IMG/VR virus record: IMGVR_UViG_3300021387_000281
From: an uncultured virus (IMG/VR IMGVR_UViG_3300021387_000281)
Taxonomy: Duplodnaviria > Heunggongvirae > Uroviricota > Caudoviricetes > Crassvirales
Reading direction: 5' to 3' (one strand)
DNA length: 20,000 nucleotides
The notes below the pieces were generated by a model. The model searched no databases and was not told the DNA's origin. It saw nothing but the letters and a program-made list of their open reading frames with translations. Positions within the stretch are counted from its first letter, which is position 1, and every line of letters begins with the position of its first letter. The translations under genes and the position numbers were made by a program. Below, piece after piece: positions 16,436 to 20,000 of this stretch.

Positions 16436-17658
16436 TGCTGTAAAGACGTTAATTGATTAATGTTTAAGTAACTTATAAATTTCTCATCAATGTTTTCTAA
16501 GGCTTTCTTCAGATAAGTCTCATCTTGAGTATTCTTGTAATAGAATATGTAAGATACAGGGTCTTCGGCTCTCATGCTTCTGCCAAACTTCTGTATAAAC
16601 AGCCTCTCTTTGCCATCAAGCTGGACTATGATACCTGCTTGTATATCTACAAGATTCAACCCTTCATTAGCCATACCTACAGCATAAATTGTGCGAAGCT
16701 TCTTGTCATTGAAAGCATCAATAATAGCCTGATTGAGCTTAGAAGAGCGCATACTTGAGATAGTATTTTCTCTACATAGCTCATTGGCTTGAGCGACAGA
16801 AGAGCAGAAGCATATATACCTCTTATTATTAAGGGTATTGAGAAGTTTTCTCACATATATGGTTTTCAACTCCCCAAGGAATCGCTTTCTCTGACTTCCA
16901 AGGTTCACCCACAAATTATGAAAAATCTGGTTGTTACTTCTCTGATATCTATCTTTCCAGTAGTCCATAGAGGAAGTGAGATAATTATACTTCTGTCTTT
17001 CTGTGCATTTAATTACACAAGGAATCTTATTGTAGATATACTTTCCTCGGTCTTCCCATTTTACTGTAGGCCCGTTCTTACCAATAACTATCTTCTGATT
17101 ATAGACAACATTATCGAGCTCCATAGGGATGATATTTACTTTTGGATCAGGTAGTATATCGGTACTAATGGCTTTTTTCAGGCTGACTGTAGAAACAGTA
17201 AACGTTGTTCCAAACAAAGCTTCTATTTCAGCAATCTTCTGATAAGAAAGAGTTGCAGAAAGCATAAGAATATAATCAGCCTTAATGGTGCCTAGTGTAT
17301 CCATACGCTTTTCTGTAAAGCAGTGATGGGCTTCATCAAGGACTAGAATATCAAAATGAGTATCTCTTAACTTATGCAGCGATGCATAACAACATATAGT
17401 GACTGCCATACATCCTTCTAAGAGTCCCCATTTCTCAAATTCATTTTGCCAATTTTTTATATGCGCCTTTTCTGCTACAATGAAAGCTACTTTAATACGT
17501 CTGCCATCACAGCCCAAGGTATTTGCAGCATTATTGGCCAAGTCAATAGCCATTTTGCTTTTACCACAGCCTGTAGCCCATCTGAGTATAACTCGGTTCT
17601 TATCCTTGAGTGCCTCAAATTCCTTGTTCTGAAGTGCTGTTTTTATATCATTCTTCAT
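16432..17658 (-). CDS. Superfamily 2 (DExH) helicase
   Basis: ATGCGKS, LDEAHH, LSAT, EGLNL, QKFGRSMR. Confidence 0.92.
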   Translation of the reverse strand: MKNDIKTALQNKEFEALKDKNRVILRWATGCGKSKMAIDLANNAANTLGCDGRRIKVAFIVAEKAHIKNWQNEFEKWGLLEGCMAVTICCYASLHKLRDTHFDILVLDEAHHCFTEKRMDTLGTIKADYILMLSATLSYQKIAEIEALFGTTFTVSTVSLKKAISTDILPDPKVNIIPMELDNVVYNQKIVIGKNGPTVKWEDRGKYIYNKIPCVIKCTERQKYNYLTSSMDYWKDRYQRSNNQIFHNLWVNLGSQRKRFLGELKTIYVRKLLNTLNNKRYICFCSSVAQANELCRENTISSMRSSKLNQAIIDAFNDKKLRTIYAVGMANEGLNLVDIQAGIIVQLDGKERLFIQKFGRSMRAEDPVSYIFYYKNTQDETYLKKALENIDEKFISYLNINQLTSLQQ

Positions 17659-17673
17659 TGTCTTGACAATTAA

Positions 17674-17716
17674 TGGCAGGAAAGCACATTATACAAAAAT
17701 GTTATCCTTCCTGCCA
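17674..17716 (-). other. Hairpin in the helicase 5' leader
   Basis: TGGCAGGAA (17674-17682) / TTCCTGCCA (17708-17716), perfect 9 bp arms. Confidence 0.6.
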
Positions 17717-17745
17717 AACTAAATATGTTCACACGAATTCACCTG

Positions 17746-17778
17746 CAAATATACAAATTATTCGTATAAATATGCAAT
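17746..17778 (-). promoter_or_regulatory. Bacteroidota sigma-A type promoter for the replication module
   Basis: -7 box TATATTTG (TAnnTTTG) at 17753-17746; ATTG (TTTG-like -33) ending 21 nt upstream. Confidence 0.7.
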
Positions 17779-17828
17779 AGTATTCATTAAAAATGTATAA
17801 ATATGCACACAATAATGCTTATTTACAC
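17764..17828. repeat. 13 bp operator-like repeats
   Basis: GTATAAATATGCA at 17764-17776 and 17795-17807; inverted copy with 2 mismatches (TGCTTATTTACAC) at 17816-17828. Confidence 0.65.
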
Positions 17829-17841
17829 ACTTTATAAATAA

Positions 17842-18159
17842 CTAGTAAGAGAGTCCTAAAATAGACAAAACCCTCTTATATAAAGAGAGTTTCAGGGGTA
17901 TTCCCTTACTGTTTTTGCGGTTTACAGCCACGCTTTTACCTGAAGCTGTCATAAAGAGAGTCCTGCCACAATTGATACTAGTTCTTTGATACCAATGTCC
18001 GGATACTGCAGAGGGAGTTCTGCCAATCTCTTTTGATGTGATTTCAAAAGCTTTTGTCAGACAGAGAACATGCTTTTCTACGTTTGCAATGAGGCGCTCT
18101 TCTTCTTGAGCAGTCCAGGGATTAGGCTTCTGGCCTTTTCTTGATTTTTTGTTTGCCAT
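17842..18159 (-). CDS. Myb/SANT-like helix-turn-helix DNA-binding protein
   Basis: PWTAQEEERL...FEITSKEIGRTPSAVSGHWY matches WT.EE...L / I...GRT..AV...W; very basic. Confidence 0.65.
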   Translation of the reverse strand: MANKKSRKGQKPNPWTAQEEERLIANVEKHVLCLTKAFEITSKEIGRTPSAVSGHWYQRTSINCGRTLFMTASGKSVAVNRKNSKGIPLKLSLYKRVLSILGLSY

Positions 18160-18188
18160 AATTGTTGTTTTTAAAGTTTAATTGTTGA

Positions 18189-18353
18189 TTACTTTGATAC
18201 TTTGTTTGAATAGTTTTCTACAATCTTATCCATGATTGGATTAAGTTCTTTTCTGAATAACAGAAACACTTTTTTCTCTTCTTTGAGAGATTCTTTAATG
18301 TCGTGGATAGCTTGCTTCTTAGCCAGCTCTTCCAAACTACTTTTTGTACTCAT
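18189..18353 (-). CDS. Small hypothetical protein (54 aa)
   Basis: ATG at 18353 (MSTKSSLEELAKKQ...) has an A-rich upstream context; the longer track start lies inside a terminator hairpin. Confidence 0.6.
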   Translation of the reverse strand: MSTKSSLEELAKKQAIHDIKESLKEEKKVFLLFRKELNPIMDKIVENYSNKVSK

Positions 18354-18408
18354 TGTTGTAAGTTTTTTAATTGTTAATAATGAAATTTCTAATAGACTTG
18401 ATAGCATA

Positions 18409-18453
18409 AAAATATCCCACACCCCAATTGAGTAAACCAATCAGAGTGCGGGA
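18409..18453 (-). terminator. Intrinsic terminator downstream of tRNA-Arg
   Basis: Minus strand TCCCGCACTCTGATTG...CAATTGGGGTGTGGGA-TATTTTT; long stem with several G-U pairs that work only on the minus strand. Confidence 0.65.
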
Positions 18454-18487
18454 ATGAATCTTACAACAATCAAGCCTTAAAGACAAG

Positions 18488-18559
18488 TACTCCCACCAAG
18501 AATCGAACTTGGAACTAAATCTTAGGAGGATTTTGTTATATCCGTTTAACTATGGGAGC
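18488..18559 (-). tRNA. tRNA-Arg (anticodon CCT), CCA not encoded
   Basis: Acceptor GCTCCCA/TGGGAGT+A; D arm GTTA..TAAC with GG; anticodon arm AAATC-CTCCTAA-GATTT; T arm CCAAG-TTCGATT-CTTGG. Confidence 0.92.
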
Positions 18560-18561
18560 CG

Positions 18562-18594
18562 AAAAATCTTCTCTATTTTCACAAACTGAGAAGA
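18562..18594 (-). terminator. Terminator-like or processing hairpin immediately 5' of tRNA-Arg
   Basis: TCTTCTC-AGTTTGTGAAAATA-GAGAAGA-TTTTT on the minus strand. Confidence 0.45.
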
Positions 18595-18658
18595 CCAAAA
18601 AGAACAAAATGAACATAAATAATAAAAAAACACACATAACATGTTCTCTTATGTCTTG

Positions 18659-18666
18659 CAAAATTA
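18659..18666 (-). promoter_or_regulatory. Candidate Bacteroidota -7 promoter box upstream of tRNA-Arg
   Basis: TAATTTTG (TAnnTTTG) followed by CA in an AT-rich intergenic region; no clean -33 TTTG. Confidence 0.45.
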
Positions 18667-18710
18667 CTAAAAACCTAACTAATCTAAAAATCAATAAATA
18701 TTTTACTTAG

Positions 18711-18851
18711 TAGGAGTGGGGAGAATCGAACTTCCCCATAGAGACCTACACAGCCCCTTCAGCTCAAGGAAACTTTTAAAGAGGCAGGGCTGCTGAGCCG
18801 TTGTTCCATATACTTTTCTTGATTCAGTGTCTCAGGCCACCTAGGACTCCC
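18711..18851 (-). ncRNA. ~141 nt tRNA-like RNA with an expanded anticodon domain
   Basis: GGGAGT/ACTCCT+A acceptor; T arm GGGGAAG-TTCGATT-CTCCCC; GAGAC/GTCTC helix enclosing ~83 nt; GC-richer than the flanks. Confidence 0.65.
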
Positions 18852-18862
18852 AAAGAGAGGTA

Positions 18863-19138
18863 CTAATCATAGATATCAATGAGAACAGAATCAACTTGCT
18901 CTCTGATCAGTTTTTTGTTTCTTTCAGTACAGTAGCGACAATTGCCTTTGTGGGCAACCTGATAAGTTCCTCGTATATATTCGCAGCTGTCAATAACGAC
19001 TATTTTATAGTCATCAACAATCTTTTTTGATTGATGTTCTTCCTCACAGCTCATCAACAGGAGTACTGCGAGGGTGATGGTTATCAGATACACGATGGCA
19101 ATGATAACCTTGTCTATTATTCTTTCAATTTTCTTCAT
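18863..19138 (-). CDS. Putative lipoprotein with a Cys/His cluster
   Basis: Basic N-terminus, hydrophobic stretch, LLMS-C lipobox followed by EEE; DSCEY...HKGNCRYC. Confidence 0.7.
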   Translation of the reverse strand: MKKIERIIDKVIIAIVYLITITLAVLLLMSCEEEHQSKKIVDDYKIVVIDSCEYIRGTYQVAHKGNCRYCTERNKKLIREQVDSVLIDIYD

Positions 19139-19479
19139 GTTTTTGATTTATTATTTCAGTTGTAAGATAGTCTAATTGCTTTTTCAAATCATTCACTTTC
19201 AGAAGTTCACCATCCATCTTTGATACTATACCATCAGTCTTATCCTTAAATACTACAACACTATCGACGGCAACACTATCTTTGTATGTGATTTCAAGTG
19301 TGGTTTTGCCTTGATAGACATCCATTGCTGAAGGCTTTTTTTTCATAACAAGCTGCTGCAGTTAACATATAACCCACACATGCTAATATTGTTCCAAAAT
19401 AAACTCCTGGATGTTCATCACTAACATTACAATTGATAATGGTACCCACAAATATAAACACTATACCTATCCAAATCAT
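19125..19479 (-). pseudogene. Membrane protein gene split by a frameshift in an A8 tract (track ORFs 19294-19479 and 19125-19346)
   Basis: Two-TM N-terminus ends ...CYEKK at A8 (19336-19343). Removing one A gives ...CYEKKPSAMDVYQGKTTLEITYKDSVAVDSVVVFK..., 117 aa. Confidence 0.6.
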
Positions 19480-19507
19480 ATTATTTCTCTTTTAATTGCT
19501 TAACAAG

Positions 19508-19855
19508 TTACCAACAAATACTTCCTTGATAAAAATGTGGCTCTAAACTATCTGACCAATTGCTTATAGGATAATAATTGCCACAAGCAGTTCTTTTTAC
19601 ATTTTGATTCTTATAATCAATGGTATAAATAATCATACCATAAATTGGTTTTTCTCTATCATCAAGAAATAGTCGGACCTTTTGTGGGGTTAATGAATCC
19701 CTGTTATAAAGTTCATCAAACGTGTCTTTATGAGAAGTTTCAGCCTCTTGAATGATAAGTTTAATATCGCGTTTAATGGAAAAATTACAATCATATTGTT
19801 TATTAAGATATTCAAAAGAATTATCTTTTTTAATTTCGTATTCTTCGTATTTCAT
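19508..19855 (-). CDS. Hypothetical protein
   Basis: 115 aa co-oriented ORF, AT-rich. Confidence 0.65.
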   Translation of the reverse strand: MKYEEYEIKKDNSFEYLNKQYDCNFSIKRDIKLIIQEAETSHKDTFDELYNRDSLTPQKVRLFLDDREKPIYGMIIYTIDYKNQNVKRTACGNYYPISNWSDSLEPHFYQGSICW

Positions 19856-20000
19856 TTTCAGTTTTTATTAGTTCTGGTTTAACATTAAAATCATTACATT
19901 CTTTTGCTACCTTGCTATAATTTCCGACATACCCTCCTTCTATATCTTTATCGAGTTTAAAACAATGCCCAGCACAAGCATGGAGACCATAACCTCTGAA
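19830..20000 (-). CDS. Hypothetical protein, partial (5' end outside the window)
   Basis: Manual read: ...FRGYGLHACAGHCFKLDKDIEGGYVGNYSKVAKECNDFNVKPELIKTENEIRRIRN*. Confidence 0.55.
   Translation of the reverse strand, partial: FRGYGLHACAGHCFKLDKDIEGGYVGNYSKVAKECNDFNVKPELIKTENEIRRIRN

Noticed and set aside
536..18435. Plus-strand ORFs in the track (e.g. 1163-1675, 11957-12793, 14855-15610, 16789-17154)
   Set aside because: All lie antisense to well-supported minus-strand genes, have odd I/L/F/S-rich composition and show no motifs; they are shadow ORFs.
18354..18440. Track start at 18440 for the 83 aa ORF
   Set aside because: The extension runs through a terminator hairpin and an AT-rich spacer; ATG 18353 has the typical context.
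18711..18851. Calling the element a canonical tmRNA or a standard tRNA
   Set aside because: Too short for tmRNA and lacks G3·U70; no 7 nt anticodon loop or proper D arm for a tRNA.
1..20000. Full TAG-to-Gln reassignment across this window
   Set aside because: Long genes are open in code 11, and reading through the TAGs at 1948, 10430 and 18863 would cause long overlaps with downstream genes or the tRNA-like RNA. Only isolated candidates were kept.

Overview
A 20 kb segment of a gut Bacteroidota phage, most likely crAss-like (Crassvirales; inferred from gene content and order, not from a search). Essentially all real genes are on the minus strand, tightly packed, with frequent ATGA/TAATG overlaps, and long genes are open in the standard code. 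In transcription order (right to left): small membrane and lipoprotein genes; a ~141 nt tRNA-like RNA; tRNA-Arg(CCT); a Myb/SANT-like protein; then a replication/recombination module (SF2 helicase, DnaB-like helicase, Sak4-like AAA ATPase, SSB-like protein, primase, two PD-(D/E)XK nucleases, dUTPase, membrane aspartic protease, family A DNA polymerase). Accessory genes follow (DUF4494, DUF3310, PI-PLC-like phosphodiesterase, several small ORFs, metallopeptidase-VWA protein). Most notable observations: (1) the tRNA-like RNA with a pseudoknot-compatible insert replacing the anticodon loop; (2) a 33 bp element in two copies with a covarying palindrome just upstream of gene starts; (3) in-frame TAG codons in otherwise well-fitted genes; (4) operator-like repeats over a promoter next to the Myb-like gene; (5) a structured leader before the SSB gene; (6) an A8-tract frameshift in a membrane protein gene. 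All annotations are from motif recognition by eye.
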